Positions 49,805 through 63,861 of a DNA stretch of 64,000 nucleotides are shown here, in pieces. Numbering within the stretch: position 1 is the first letter of the stretch; every line of letters starts with the position of its first letter. Position numbers and translations under genes: made by a program. Source of the stretch: Novakomyces olei (Eukaryota); contig JADEYG010000015.1 in NCBI GenBank assembly GCA_016906335.1, forward strand, positions 868,001-932,000, given 5' to 3'. Below the pieces are notes generated by a model. It did no database searches. It had not been told where the DNA came from and saw only the letters and a program-made list of their open reading frames with translations.

Positions 49805-52072
49805 ATGATCGAGCCACAGTCGGCCGGCAGCCTTTTAAATGATATCCCTCCGTTTGAGCAGCCTTTTGATAATGTGCCGGCCACAAGGTCTGTTCGGCGA
49901 GTACAGGCCTATGCGAAGCTGCAGTTTGAGGAGACGGAATTTTATGTCCAGACTCTTCAGGTTATGATCGGGCGAAAAGCTCATGAATCAGACGACGTAG
50001 ATGTACACCTTGGTGGAGTCAAATCCGTGTCTCGGAGACACGCACGTATTGCCTACAATTTCACTACGCAAAATTTCGAGATCTCGGTGCTGGGGAAAAA
50101 TGGCGCGTTTGTCAATGACGAGTTTGTCCCCAGAGGATCAACCGTACCACTATTCGATAAGTATGTTTTAGAATATAATTTGTTATTCCAAATATATCGA
50201 ATGCTTCTGTTGTTGTTGTTTTTTTCTTTTTTTTGGGCATATTCGATTTCTGACTAACAATTTCAGGACTAAAGTTCAAGTTGGCCAGATACCCTTTACT
50301 TTTTTGCTTCCCAGTGGAGGTCAACAATCCAAGCCTGCTGAAACCCCATCTAAAGCAGAGGATCCGCCAAAGGAGGAGGTAAAAGAAACAGATAGCAACA
50401 TTGAAGCAGCAGTTAAGCCTTCCAAGGCGGCAGCAAAACTCGAAGAACCTGGGGAAGAAGATGTTTCTGGCCCGTCGAATGAAGAATTAGCTGCGCAGTA
50501 CGAGAAGCCTAATTTATCTTATGCCGCTCTAATTGCACAAGCTCTTCAGGCTTCCACTCGCGGTAAATTAACCCTGCAAGAAGTTTACGAATGGATCGAA
50601 CAGGAGTATGGGTATTACAGATACACAAAGAACGGATGGCATAATTCGATACGCCATAATCTTTCGCTTAATAAAGCCTTTAAAAAAGTCGAGAGGCAGG
50701 CCGACGAGCCGGGAAAAGGAGCGTTTTGGTGTATTGACCCTGAGCATGAAGGCGTATTTGTGGATGGAGTTTATAGGCGAAAGGCCCCGAAACCTCAATA
50801 TAACCACTCTTCTGGTAAAGGCCGCAGGACCTTACCGGGCTCTCACTATGATGGGACAAAAGGCGTGGAAAAAGCGCCTGGCAGTCAGTCCAGTACTTCG
50901 GCGGAAATCAATCCGGATAATATTGCTCGACCTCTGCCTTTGTCCTTTTCCCCTGCGGACCAGAGTCTCAATTCTACACCGGCTTCCAAAGAATATAACG
51001 GGGAAAATACAGCTTCTCCTACTCCTCCACCTTCTTCAAAAACCAATCGTAATGGTGCCGAAGCTGAGGCATTTTCACACTCCAAATCCTCAGTTCCAGA
51101 GTCACAGAGCAAACCCCCAGTAAACCCTGGCTCACAGGCTCGGGACGAAAAGAATATCCAACCCATCATTATGAAAGATGGCAATTTGACACTAAATCCA
51201 GAATTTTTTAAGGGAAGTGGAGGAGCCGCTTTAAATCCACAGACAGCACAGGCTATTGCTTTATTACAGAAGCATATCACAACTCAACTTGGTGAAAACG
51301 CAAATAATCCTACTCATGCGGCTGCAATAGCCAACGCCCTTGCAACGGCTCTTGCTCAGCAGATCCGAGACCAACAATCAAAACAGCAGCAGCATCAAGA
51401 TCATGGACGAAATGTAAGCTTATTCACACTTCTATGCGAGTTTGACTGTATATATGTTATTGCTATTTACTCCCACAGATTTGGGTTATTATTTGAATTT
51501 ACTTCATTTTATTGTATTTAAAATTTTATACTATTTTATGTTATACATGCTATATTATTTTTCTGTATTATATTATTTCTAATTTCTGGTTTGAATTCTG
51601 TTTTTGATTATCGAAATTCAACTTTAGTTTTCATTTTTGTTTGCACAAGCTAACACACGCTTAGGCACAATATTCTGGTCAGATGCCTAATACAAAACCT
51701 ATGGGTCCAAGGCCTCCTTTGCGTTCTCAAGGTCCGCAGACTGTAAGGCCGCCGGTGCAGAATTACGGGAGTATACCCCGGCCGTCCTTACATGGAAATG
51801 CGATACCACGGCCCTTACCCTATCGCCCGCAGGGCCAATTAGGCCAACGGCCTCTAGCTCAACCGGCACGGCCTCAATTTCCACAAGCAAGGCCGATGGC
51901 AACTGTTCCTCGTCCGCCTGCTACTAGCCCGTCTGGTCCAGGACCTGCGCAGAGTCAAGTGCAGCCGACGGGTGTTCCAGGTTCTGTAGATAATGCAGAG
52001 AGTCTCAGAGGTCAAAAAAGACCGGCAGATGAGGCGTTGAGTGAATCGTCGCAGCAGCCGCAAAAGAAATGA
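49805..52072 (+). CDS. FHL1: FHA + forkhead transcription factor, Fhl1-like
   Basis: VQAYAKLQF...IGR...VSRRHARI...GKNGAFV (FHA) and KPNLSYAALI...WHNSIRHNLSLNKAF (forkhead); 2 introns. Confidence 0.8.
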
Positions 52073-52512
52073 TAGCCAATCGTCAATTTTTTATTTTCTT
52101 ATACATATAGCTTTTTTGAGTACGATATTCCTGGTTGCGTTTCAGTCATTGTTTGGGATTGGTCTTTTTATTCAGCATTGCTATGATTAGAATGATGGTA
52201 AAGCAGAGATGCCTTTGTCTATTTCCCGTATCTTTATGTAATCTTTTCTAGTTTATCAGTAATTCTGCAGATATGTAAATCTTATTGTCTGCGTACTATA
52301 ATAAAAGCTATCAAGCACGGTTTAATAGACGACGAAACATTATTTGCAAACAGATTTATCTTGAAGTGTACATAAATAGCAAAATATTTCGTTCAGTCTT
52401 GATTATTTATATGAAATCGCTGACAAAAAAGTCCCGAGGCGCCGAGGCGGGGACTGTACGTCAAGCACAGTACACATATAGGCCCTCATCCTAATATTTC
52501 CAAATTCTCGTG

Positions 52513-53193
52513 TTAAGTAAGGGGAGCCCAGGGTTCGTTGTTTTCATAGCGCTTGGGGTCAACGCCGTGAAAGTTGTGGCTTGCCAAGTTGAGCCAGGGA
52601 ATGGCAACTGTAGATTGTTAACGACTTTGTAATTGACACCAAACTTACAAAAGAAAAAGACAGAATTGCGCGAGTTTCGGGCAGCGGTCTCTTGCACGCT
52701 AGGCGAAAGATCCGATTTTCCGTACAAGGGCTCACCACGGCTCAATTTGCCCTTCATTTCCACCATATCCTTTTCATATTCCCGCTTGTTTTCTTTCAAA
52801 CCCATTAATCGCCCTATACAGGATCAGCAACCATTTTGGAAAAAAGAAAGGAACAGTTCAATTTGACGGTAGAAAAAGAATAATAGGCATACAGCAAGTA
52901 TTCTGGTAGGCCAAGCAAAACCCGCCAACCGCACCAATCCACATGTTTAAACGCAGATACCGAGCACTGATTCCCGGTGTGAAAGACATGCGCCACGGCT
53001 GATAATTGATGGGTGAAAAACGTTCGATTCCGGCAAAAGCCAGAGGCGTACCGACAATGCCGCCTGCGATCAAAGCATAATCAGGCCAGGCCCGCATGTA
53101 CCGGATTACTCGCAAAACATGAGGATCGCTGTCGACAATTGGGTAATCATGAGGCGATTCAAAGAATTTGGGGCCTTCAGTCACCGTTGCCAT
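52513..53193 (-). CDS. NADH:ubiquinone oxidoreductase 21-kDa accessory subunit (NUXM-type)
   Basis: YPIVDSDPHVLRVIRYMR, GGFCLAYQ, GEPLYGKSDL...AARNSRNS and IPWLNLASHNFHGVD; 2 introns. Confidence 0.85.
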
Positions 53194-53633
53194 CGTCAGA
53201 CAACGAGACTCGGTTGCGGCGTGAAGAGCTGATGTGATGAGTGTTTAGCAGAGCACTTATTATTTTATATACAGTGCAGCCAAAGTTCATCGTATATTGC
53301 TTGTCTTATTTAATAAGCAGTGTAGTTGCAAGGTCGACCATGAATTTAACCCTAACCCTAGAGGCTACCGGGGACGGAACGGTAAAATTGTTAAATGCGT
53401 GTGGAATATGAACAAAACCACAAAACTAAATGGTATACAAATTGTGTTGATTTTGACAATTTACACGCTCATATACTATACTTTCAACACATTACTTCAG
53501 CTTCCAGGGCATAGTCGGGAAAGAAACACGAACTGTATTACTAGACTTTCAAATCAATAAAGTGTTTACTGCAAAGCTCTCTCTCCTATAAGGCCAATGC
53601 GGTCTAACGAGCACCGAACGTTATATAGTTTGC

Positions 53634-54807
53634 TCAATCAATTCGGAGTATCAATTTCCCCGTCGTTTTACGACCTGCCAGATCTGTCTGTGCCTGGGCG
53701 ACATCTTCAAGTGCGTATTCAGTAATATTGGATTTGACACCGCCTCTCAGTAGCTCGAGTAATTGGGAAACTAGTCCGTCAAACTGCTCTCTAGTCTGCG
53801 TGTAAGCGTGCAAACGGGGACGCTGCACCTTGATCGCCTTGCCGGAAAGTGAAAGCAAGTTCACTGGTGGGACAGCGCCGGAGGAGTTTCCAAAGCTGTG
53901 TGATCAATAAGATGCAGATTGATTGCAATTAAAGGTGAATGAACAAAAAGATGAATAAATAAATAAAAAATACAGATTCATTTTTGGCGGATAAAGCTAT
54001 AGTAAGCCTACCTTGCAACAAATCCACCCACCTTGACAGCGTCCAAACTGGTCTGCCAGGTACTGGCGCCAGCTCCATCATACGAAACGCTGACGCCTTG
54101 ACCATTGGTAGCCTTGCGCACTGCCTCGAGGATTTGGCTATGGTCATATCCCACAGCCACATCTGCCCCCAATGACTTTGCAATTTCTCTCTTTTCCGGA
54201 GTAGAGGCGGTGGCGATCACGTGAACTTTCCGTGCGTGCAACATTTGCACCAAGAGACTGCCAACACCGCCAGCGGCAGCGGGAACAAGTGCCCATTCGC
54301 CTGCGGTAGCATGGTAAGAGTCTGTAATGAGTGAGACGGCAGTCAGTCCCTGCAAAAGTGTAGCTGCCGCTGTACGCTCGTCGATTCCCGATCCTTCGAG
54401 GTTGTAGGTGTTACGAGCAGGAGCAACGACATACTCGGCCTGAGACCGAGGTGCCAGGTAAACGACACGGTCCTTGACCTTGAAGCCCTTCACATTATCA
54501 CCGACCTGTACCACCTCGCCAGCTCCCTCCTGTCCGAGACCGGCGGGTAGGGGTGTGGGGTAAAGGCCAGAGCGGACTAGCATTGCGTTGCGCTTAGCAG
54601 AGAAGGTTGCCACTAATTGCGGATCTTACTGTAAGTGTCGATGAAATTCACGCCGGCAAAAGAAGCACGCACGAGTACATCGTCGGGTCCCGGTGTGGGT
54701 ACAGTCACGTCTGTTTTAACCTTCAGCACATCAATGTCTCCGGGCTAATTTTGATTAGTTTTAATCGCAGTTAAACCTCGCACTTTTTCAAAAATGACCG
54801 CCTTCAT
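53634..54807 (-). CDS. ZTA1: NADPH:quinone oxidoreductase (zeta-crystallin family)
   Basis: AGVNFIDTY, LGQEGAG, LQGLTA, AAAGGVG and GRKTTGKLIL; 3 introns. Confidence 0.85.
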
Positions 54808-55622
54808 TTTCTACACGAATAAAGACGAAAGAATGGGCAATTATTCCAACTTGGCGGGACAGTTTCCAGTCGACGGCTTTAACATGGACTGTCGCCATAT
54901 TATATAGTTGCGATATTTAATCGCTTCATTACGAAATGTTTGCCAAAACAGGAAATTGTTCATTTGACAATATTACAAATATACGAATATAATGAGCAAT
55001 CGTATAGCAAGCGTATATAACAAGCGTATAATCCTTGCTCGTCTTTTACGTCAAAATTCCACGTAATGTCCCGCGGTATGGGGTAAATTACTCTGCTGCA
55101 ACACGCTGAGAGGGATTTAAACATACGACTGTTCGTTTGTGTAAGAATTGATGGGTGTTGGAGCAAATGTAGAGTAATGTAATATTCTCACTGGAACGCG
55201 CGGAGATTATTATATTTTTGAACGCCATTGACTGAAGGTTAGAGGCACACGAACATTCATTCATTACGCACGCAGAGGAACATTAAGCGACGAGTACGTA
55301 AATAAAACTGCGACAGCTCCAATATTTCCAAACAGTACAGTAACCAGTACCAGTACAGTAATACAGTACAGTAATACGGTACAGAATACATTAGAGTAAT
55401 ACATTAGAGTAATACAGTATACAGTATACAGTATACAGTGTACAGACATATACTGACTATTCAGACAGGGTTTTCCCGCTGCTTGACGCAAATGGATGAG
55501 ATTGATTTCGGGAAACAAGTAGAGATTAGTGTTAAGCCGTTGATCAAAACTGGGAGCGCGCGGTGCAGACCACACAGGTTTGTGTGGACGCGTCCGGTAA
55601 ACGGTTGGAAACGCAGCAGAAT

Positions 55623-58069
55623 ATGCGCGCGCGATTTCCCTTTGTATGGTACGGTCAAATTTGTCAAATTTTCATGTTTGCCGTTTGTTTTGCCGTCATT
55701 TGATTCGTGTCCTTTACGCTAACACGGCAACTGTGTACAGGAATGGCAGCGGTGACCACGACCACATTCTACTGGCAGGCGAGTTTACCGATTGGAAGCC
55801 GGAGTACGAGTTGAAGTGGGACCCTACTCTTGACTTGTACACGGCAGACGTTGATCTTGAAGTTGGCCGCCAGGTCGCCTTCAAGTTTGTCGTTAACGGC
55901 GTTTGGCAGGTGGACGCGTCGCAGCCGGTCGAGGCTGACGAGCACGGAAACCTCAACAATGTCGTTTTTCTCAACGCAGAAGATGCGATAACTAATGGCA
56001 AACCCGATACTCGGGGCGGTGCTATTGAGCCAGTTCCCACTCATGTGGATACCCCAGTTGCTGGTGCTTTTGCCGGTGACGTAAAGGGCGACAGGGAGCA
56101 GCATCTTGCAACAAGCCCAGAGTTGGTGGATAAGGCATTACTAAAAGAAGAGCAGCCAACGCCGGACTCTGAAATCAAACTGCCTTCTTATAGTCACTCT
56201 GGAGCGCAGTCGGCCGCTGAGCCGGTTGCTGCCAAGGAAGCTCAGCCTGGTGATGGGGTAAAGGATAAAAAAAGCGGGTTGCCTGCAGCCGTTGCCGGAG
56301 CAGCTGCTGGAGCAGCTGCTTTAGGCACTGCTGCAGTTGCGTCTGCGTCTGGCAAGGATAAAGTTACTAGCGAGCCTGATCCTTCTACACTACCGAGCCA
56401 AGAGGCACCTGGAAAGATTGAGCAGATCAAGGAAGAGCCGACAAAAGAAGCAGAGGCGGAAGTGGGGAACAAAGACGTTAAAAAACCGGGGACAAAGGAT
56501 CATCAAGAATCAAGCTTTAAAGCTCCAGCACCACTCAAGCCAGTGCGCTCTCATCAACGCCAGGAATCCATGCCCGGCGGATTCCCTGAACCATCGCCCT
56601 TAAACTCTCCTCAAAGCGGAGCAGTTAGCGGCCCCAACCCAATCCCTGAGATTGGGTTTATTCCCCTGGCCGATCCTAACGCTGAGCCGGGTACTATACA
56701 GGCAGAAATAGAGCGCCAGCAGCAGGGAGTCAACCGTGAAATACACGACTCTATACCTGAAGAACCCCCAGCAGCAGTTTCCGGAGAGTTTTCGCAGTCG
56801 CTAACGGGAGCCCAGGCCAAGAAAGACGTGAATGAGGAGATCAAAGAGACAGTTCCGAGGGCAGCCTCAGCTGCTCCTGTAACAGAGGCGAAAGCCTCCG
56901 CCTCCGCCACCGCAGATCCCATCTCTGATTATACGACGTATGTGACCGGGTTGCAAGGCGAGGCAGGAGACAACAAGATGGCTGACGAGTCTAGTAGAGC
57001 AGAGCAGCAAGCGTCTCTTCCTGCAGCAGCCTCTGGGAAAGACAAGATTACGGGCACAGCCAAAGAAGCGGCAGCAGATGCCAAAACAGTAAAGGCAAAC
57101 TCGGGCTCTTCTAAAGCGGGAGCAGTAGCGGCAGGAGCAAGTGCAGCTGCAGCTACTGCAGGTTTGTCTAAAGAGTCTGCCTCGGCTAAAGCAGCGCAAG
57201 CGCCCAATGATTATCCCAGTCTGGCAAAAGAACTGGAGCAGGCACTGCACAAGGCAAGGAACGAGCTGGAAAAAATAGCGAGTATTAAAGCAGTGGAAAT
57301 TGCAGAGGCCAGTAAACTTGCGTCCGAGTCGCCCGCAAAGGCGCCTACGTCTCTAGCGGGTGCAGGTAAAGGCATTGGCGTTACTGCTATTGGGACGACA
57401 ACTGACCCGTCGTCTGATATGGCTCATACAGCCAAGATTGTGGATGTGACAGACAGCACAGCGGCTCGAGTCTCACCAGAGTACAGATCTGGCAAGATCC
57501 CGAGCGAATCTGTCAACGCTCTGGGCCTGGGCAATGCTTCAGAGACGTCAGCTGCAAACGAAGAAAAAGCGGGCAAAAGTAGTGTGGCAAAGAGCCGTGT
57601 CTCGTTGACATCAGAGGAGATTGTTGCCGGTGGCCACGGGTACGTTGCGTCTATAAAGACGGCCGACCACAGAACAATCGGCACTGCAGTCGTGACGGAC
57701 CACACAGTCACAAGTGCAAAGGGACTCGGACTGGGCGTCGAGCATATTCCAAGTGTCGTTGAACCCACGGTGCCGTCTGCAAATGCCCAGAAACTGCCTC
57801 TGAGCTCTGCAGGTCCGGCTCAACAGGCTCCAGTTGCTGTAAGAACGGGAGAGAAACCAAGTATGTCCTCGGCCGGTGGCGTACCGAGTCCGCCTCAGAC
57901 TGGGAAGCTTTCTGCTGAGCCAGCTGGAGCTCCTGCTGCTGGGATTGCAACTGCTGCGGCTGCTGCGGCACCTCCTCTTCCTTCAGCTTCGGGAAACAAG
58001 TCAAACCAGCCTGCCCCAAAGAAAAAGAAAAAGGGGTTTTTGTACAAACTCAAAAAGGCCTTCAAGTAA
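55623..58069 (+). CDS. Crp1/Mdg1-like protein with an N-terminal AMPK-beta/CBM48-type domain and a long low-complexity tail
   Basis: MRARFPFVW|NGSG...LAGEFTDW...FKFVVNGVWQVD...DEHGNLNNV (intron 55649-55740); basic C-terminus KKKKGFLYKLKKAFK. Confidence 0.8.
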
Positions 58070-58410
58070 GCGTTAATAAGCGGATTGATTATGTGGTACT
58101 TGACTAGTCTCAAGTGTCTGGACTATGATCATTTGCCCATCAATTTCCAAAGCACTGTCCCACACAAAAGCATTGAATGGTCAAGTGACTGGACGCAACT
58201 CTTAATTTTAAATAGGCATTGCACGCAAATTGCTTTGGCCTTTTCAGTCGTGTTTCGACCATTTATAATATGATGCTTATCATTTATTATATGATGCTTA
58301 TCATTTATTATATGATGCTTATCTCCTTATTCTTTAACTTTATCGTGTAATTATTTTTGGATCAATAACGGTTCAATAATTTGAATTTTTCTGGGTATAT
58401 AGCCAACTAA

Positions 58411-60301
58411 TCATTTCCTATAATACAGCCGTTTGAACATAAAATGTAGCTGCAATACGCCGTTTTGAAATGTACTTCTAAACCCTCGCTCATACTTTCC
58501 AGAGTAATCCCATTCACGGTCCACGATCTTAAAGGCAATGTCCTGATAAGGCGGGCTGGCTTTAAATCGGACCGTGCACATATCATGCTCGCTTGACGCT
58601 GTGGCACCTTCATCGGCTGAACTTTCACGTATTAACTTGTATGTTGGCGCGTTTGTAGAATTCTCGAGAAAAGGATAAAATATATTAAATCGGTAACCCT
58701 GCACGACTTTGGGAGGCCGATTCTTGTCGTCAAAGTGGGCAGTATTGTACCGATTCCACTCAAAACCCATAACAACTTGGTTGCAAAATTTCGGTTTACG
58801 AATACGCGCTGGGCCCTCTTTGGGGCCCTCTTTTACAAATGAAGGCTGGTCCGCCATTGGTATTTCTACCTCGTTAAGATGAGACAAACGTTCCTCTTCC
58901 TCATCCGTACGCCGCCGATAAGCTGCACCTTTTATTCGACGTATCTGCTTACGCGCAAAGGCTTCTTCAGCGTCCATACTGGGAGAGACCCAAGCCGCCT
59001 TGTTTGCCTTGGCTCTTAATAATCGAGCCTCTTCTTCGTCCGCGGAATCCTCGTCCTCGCTATTGCCATCGCCTGGAATGCGCTGCGGCTGCCGCGGTTT
59101 TAATGGAATAAATTCAGACTTTTTCACAGTGCAACGGAGCTTGTTCTAAATACATTAGACAAAAATACAACAAAAAAGAATCATATTAAACAGAATGAAA
59201 TATAAAAGTCAAAAAATAACTAACAAATGAATAATTAATTAATTCTTGCGCAACAACCCCCCACAAAATTTGCTTTCTTACCACTTGATTGAGATACTGA
59301 ACATAACTTGTCTCTAGCAAATTTTTCTCGTCGGGACTAAGCGATTTCTTTGGCGGCGGGTCCATATCGGGCGTATATACAAAATTTTGCATTGCAGCCG
59401 ACGCATTTGACTCGTCGGACATACGCCTTTTCAGTTTGAGTTCATAAGCTCGTGCTTCCAGTTGCTGCTGAGCGTAAAATCGTTTCAAGCGATGGCTTGC
59501 TGCAGCAGCAAACATACTCTTTAACTTGGACCGAGCTTTGTAGATATTGATAGATTGTAGCAGCTGCTGCCAGTAGTCCAAGTCCACATCTGGACCAGAA
59601 TTGAGGAGCTTTGTTTTCACCTTTGACTCTAATGACTCTAGCTCGACCAAAGTTTTCTTGGACAAGAGCCGCTGAATATCCTCCTGTACATTTTTAATAG
59701 CTCTTGTAGCCTCGTGCCTTTGTCTAGCGTTCAGTTCACTTTTCCGATCAAGCAAGAGCACTTCTACTGCAGACCAGTAAGCTATTGATGCCTTGTCGTG
59801 TTCCAGCGCGACATACTGTTTCATATCAGAGAGCACTTGGTTGATACTGTCCATGTTTGAAAAGCTTTCAATAAGCCAGACTGGATCCGTCAGCTCGACT
59901 TCAACATCGTTCTCATCGTCATCCTCCAGCCGGGACCCGATTTTCGGGTCAGTTATTCGCACATTAACGACCAGTTTATCTATATTACGACCACGGCCTC
60001 CACGCACACGTAATATAGCCCCCTTCTTGGCCTGCTGCAAGACAAACTCATCCTCCCTTGCCACCCATTCGCGCATCTGATCAGTTTCTAACTGCGTTTG
60101 GTACTGAACTCTATCTGACTTTTTTTTAACTGGCGACGGAGTATCGGGCGGCGCAGATTGGTCCTGCGACGACTTTGGAGACAAGGTTAGCATGACCCAC
60201 TCTAATATACTTTGCACCAGTCTTACATTATAAAGTTTGAATCCGCGAGCATTGTACCCTTCCTCAAGTTCGCCGTGCCGTCTTTTTTTGGCGAACGACA
60301 T
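58411..60301 (-). CDS. Cactin (spliceosome-associated; S. pombe Cay1-like)
   Basis: MREWVAREDEFVLQQAKK, RKPKFCNQVVMGFEWNRYN, PPKVVQGYRFNIFYP and PPYQDIAFKIVDREW; 2 introns. Confidence 0.92.
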
Positions 60302-60700
60302 TCTCAAGGCTCAACGAATTTAAAGCCAGAACGCTGCCGACTCGAGCAGCTGAACTGCTTTACCGATAAGGCGCTCTTTGCTACTTTGTACATACAATAA
60401 ATAGGCAGCGTGATGATGTACTGTGGATATTGTAGCGTTAATCTTTTGCAAGAAGATTACAGTATAACAGCAATCACACATAATATGTAAGGAGTTCATA
60501 TATATATATTTTACATTTTATATTTATATTTATATTATATATATACTTGCGTGGCTCGATATCGCTTTATGAATAAAAAGGTTCAGGCATAATAGCTGAG
60601 AGCATAAAAGTACGCGATTGTTCCTAATATAAACAAATAATTAATAAATTCGATAGCCCAATTCATTATCCATTTGTTGTTTGATGCGTGCTGCGCATTA

Positions 60701-62170
60701 ATGGCGCCTATCGGCAGCCAGTCAAAGCCAGATACTAAACTGGGAACTCTGATTGTTGTAGTTTTAAAAGGCGTAAGTGCATTCGGGGCAAAAGGCGTGT
60801 GTATTCCTCTAATTATTGACAAACAGAAAAACCTGCCCAATCGCCAACGAATTGGTAAACAAGACCCGTACGTGATTTGCCGGTTGGCCACAGAGGCAAA
60901 GAAAACAAGGGTCGACAAGCGTGGTGGCCAGGCTCCGGTATGGGACGATGAATTGCGGTTTGATATAGTAAAAGGCCAGAATGAGCGTGCAGAACTACGT
61001 GTTTCCGTCTTCAACGAGGACAGCAAAGATCCTGCTCTTGTCGGAGACGCCAAGGTCGATATAAAATCGGTACTGAAAAAGGGAGAGTTTGACGAGTGGG
61101 TGCAGCTCAAGTACAAGGATCGATATGCTGGAGAAATTTATTTGGAAATGACTTTTTACTCTGCCGCGCCGCCACCGCGGCCGACAAAGCAGAAATCGTC
61201 TCCATCATTACACAGTGCGACTACAACTAGTCGCGCGTCCTCACCAAGGCCTTTGCCCAGTATGCCAAACCAAAAGGCACTGTCTCAAGGCTCACAAGAC
61301 TCCTTACCGCCCAGACCGGGTTCTCAGCAAAAAGTTGGGGGGCGCAGTTCACTGGGAGACGTAATGTCCATTGCTCATATTGAAGACGATCCACGCCCGG
61401 CCAGTCCTCGCCACCGTGCTGCTGCCTCAAGTAGCAGTGCTCCGTCTTTTCGGCATAGTTTTTCGACGTTTAACGATACAGAGCAAGGGCAGCGTCGATC
61501 TCCGTTTGAGTCCAACCAGTACCTGCCCACCGTCGAACGACGTCATCGTCCTGATTCCCGACAGAGCATTGAGCAAAATCCCGTGGGCACTCCAGAGCAC
61601 GTGTTTCGGTTACAGAATGCTGCAATGTACAGGGCATCTCCCACTTTATCTGCAAGGTCGCTGCCTCGTCCTCATTCCTCTACTGGATATGCTTCGGGCT
61701 ATACTTATTCTGCTGCCAATGGGGGTTACGATACGGATCCGGCTGCAATGGCACCTTTGCCTATGAGTGTGGGAGGGGCTTTTAGTGAAGGATTACCGGC
61801 AGATCTGCCTGCAGAGCTGCCTGCAGAAGCACCCCGACCTCCACGTCATGATCTGTCTATGCTTTCAAGGTCAAATGCCCAACAGCAAAGGCCCGCAGTA
61901 TTCTCAATGGCTCCAGAGATTCCGGGCAACAAGCCAAAGCTACAAGCGACAACGGTAGGGCCAACGGGACTGGATGCATCTGCTCACGATTACACTGCCT
62001 CTCCAACACTGCATGAGTATAAGGAGCAAGTGGCGAGTAGTCGGCCAGGTTCAGGGGTTGAGTACCAGTATGATTCTCATGGAGGGCGTGGACTTCCAAA
62101 GCCGCCAAGACCAGACAAGATTCCGCTCGGGATATCGGAGCGGGAATGGGAGCTTATTAATTTTGGGTGA
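60701..62170 (+). CDS. INN1: C2-domain cytokinesis ingression protein (Inn1/Fic1 family)
   Basis: GTLIVVVLKG|KNLPNRQRIGKQDPY...DKRGGQAPVWDDELRF...YAGEIYLEMTFY and a proline-rich PxxP tail; intron 60773-60826. Confidence 0.82.
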   Translation: MAPIGSQSKPDTKLGTLIVVVLKGVSAFGAKGVCIPLIIDKQKNLPNRQRIGKQDPYVICRLATEAKKTRVDKRGGQAPVWDDELRFDIVKGQNERAELRVSVFNEDSKDPALVGDAKVDIKSVLKKGEFDEWVQLKYKDRYAGEIYLEMTFYSAAPPPRPTKQKSSPSLHSATTTSRASSPRPLPSMPNQKALSQGSQDSLPPRPGSQQKVGGRSSLGDVMSIAHIEDDPRPASPRHRAAASSSSAPSFRHSFSTFNDTEQGQRRSPFESNQYLPTVERRHRPDSRQSIEQNPVGTPEHVFRLQNAAMYRASPTLSARSLPRPHSSTGYASGYTYSAANGGYDTDPAAMAPLPMSVGGAFSEGLPADLPAELPAEAPRPPRHDLSMLSRSNAQQQRPAVFSMAPEIPGNKPKLQATTVGPTGLDASAHDYTASPTLHEYKEQVASSRPGSGVEYQYDSHGGRGLPKPPRPDKIPLGISEREWELINFG

Positions 62171-62308
62171 TCACACGGCGATTTCAGGTCGTTTTTGGTT
62201 ACTGTTATAATTCTAATTATCATTATTATTAATGTTTTATGATCATATTCTTTGAATGCTTTTATTTGCTCTGTTTTGCATGCAATCATAGAAATGTCTG
62301 GATGGGTA

Positions 62309-63752
62309 TCATATTTCTGGGTCAAGGTACTGGTCAATATCGAATCGGACATCGCGAGATATTCGTTTCACGTAATCATAGGTCGCTAAAGCCTTCCATT
62401 TCGATGCTCCATCCATGATTTCAGCTGACTGAGAGAAGGATAGAGGCGTGACCAGCCGGAGAGCTCGTAGATTTGCGAGCTGTGCAAAGATATCGACCGA
62501 CAAAAGACAGTCTTCAGAGCAGATTGGTGAATCTAGAACCAGATTTTCGTGTGCTACTGATCGGAAAATTGCAAGCAAACGCTCAAGCTCAAAGAGTTTA
62601 GGACCCATTTCTGTGCTTACGAGCTGTGTTGCTCGTGACTTGCTTGTATTATTGATAACACGACGCTTCCTTCGCCTGCGATTTGGATCTGCCAAGCGGG
62701 AAAAGAGTCGAGCGTCAAACTTGGTATGCACATAGCTGGCCAGGTATGCCGATATAAGCAAGTATATTCCGACTAGTGGAAGATTGTGACTGTGACCTTT
62801 TGAAATTAGACAAAAACAGTAATCCAAGCAAAAGCTTACTCGATTCATCGCGGTGTAACGAGAGGTTTAATTCATCATGAACTATTGCCTCTTGTGTGAA
62901 AAGATCGTTTTCACGTGAAATTCGCAGAAGTCCTAGGAAATCGTCCTCGTCCCATTCTAGCCGTAAGACGGGTTCAATAAATTTAGGCCACAGCCGGTAA
63001 GCAATATCAAGGTAGATACTGACACTCGGGGAAGCCCCAGAGCCATGCGTCTTTACAAGAATCTCACAGAATTTTTGCCAGACTATATGAGGCACATTTA
63101 CACTTTCTCCCGAATCATCCATCAGATTTTGCTCTAAATTTGTGCCTCCAAAAAACCGAATAACATTTGGCTGTGGTGGAAAAAGCGAAATTACGCGAAC
63201 GAGTTCGCTGTCAGAGTATCCGGGAAAATATATATGAGGCAAATACGTGGGAAGCTCCAGAGTAAGCTTCGATCTGGCAACAAGAAGAGCGCAAAGCCTA
63301 CCATGATCCGCCAATGATGGCAAATCCGATAGAACTGAAGCAAGCATTGGCGTATAATCCTTGACCTGGTCAATATGATCGAAAATAATCATAGTGGCCC
63401 TGTCCTTATCCGCCATTACGCGTATCCAAGCGACAAAATCATTAAGAGTTTCACACGCGCGCGCGCCCATCTGAGCCGTCATGCCCAAGAACTCAAGCAC
63501 ATGGTAAAATATAGATTTGCAATAACCCAATTTCCGGCAATCCACGTAACAAGTACGCCATTGCCGCCAAACATCAATAAAATATACGACACTGCGCGTT
63601 TTACCAGACGATGGTGGTCCGTGCACTAAAAGAGCTTTAGGGCTAGTTTCGACTTGCGAGAAATACACATTCAGAGCTTCAGCTTGAAGCTCTCGAGCAA
63701 TTGGAGGCTCTGCCTCCAAGTCGTCGAAAGAGACAGGCGCTTCGACGGACAT
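62309..63752 (-). CDS. ORC5: Origin recognition complex subunit 5
   Basis: Walker A GPPSSGKT, IYFPGYS, YLLISAYLASY...DARLFS and GPKLFELERLLAIF; intron 62839-62797. Confidence 0.9.
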
Positions 63753-63861
63753 TTTGGATTTTATTGCATTGCAATTGCAGCTGCAAGCTGGTATACTAAT
63801 GTCACTGTAATTTTTGGTAGTATGGCATTCTAATTATATATAAAATTACACGCTCGCATCG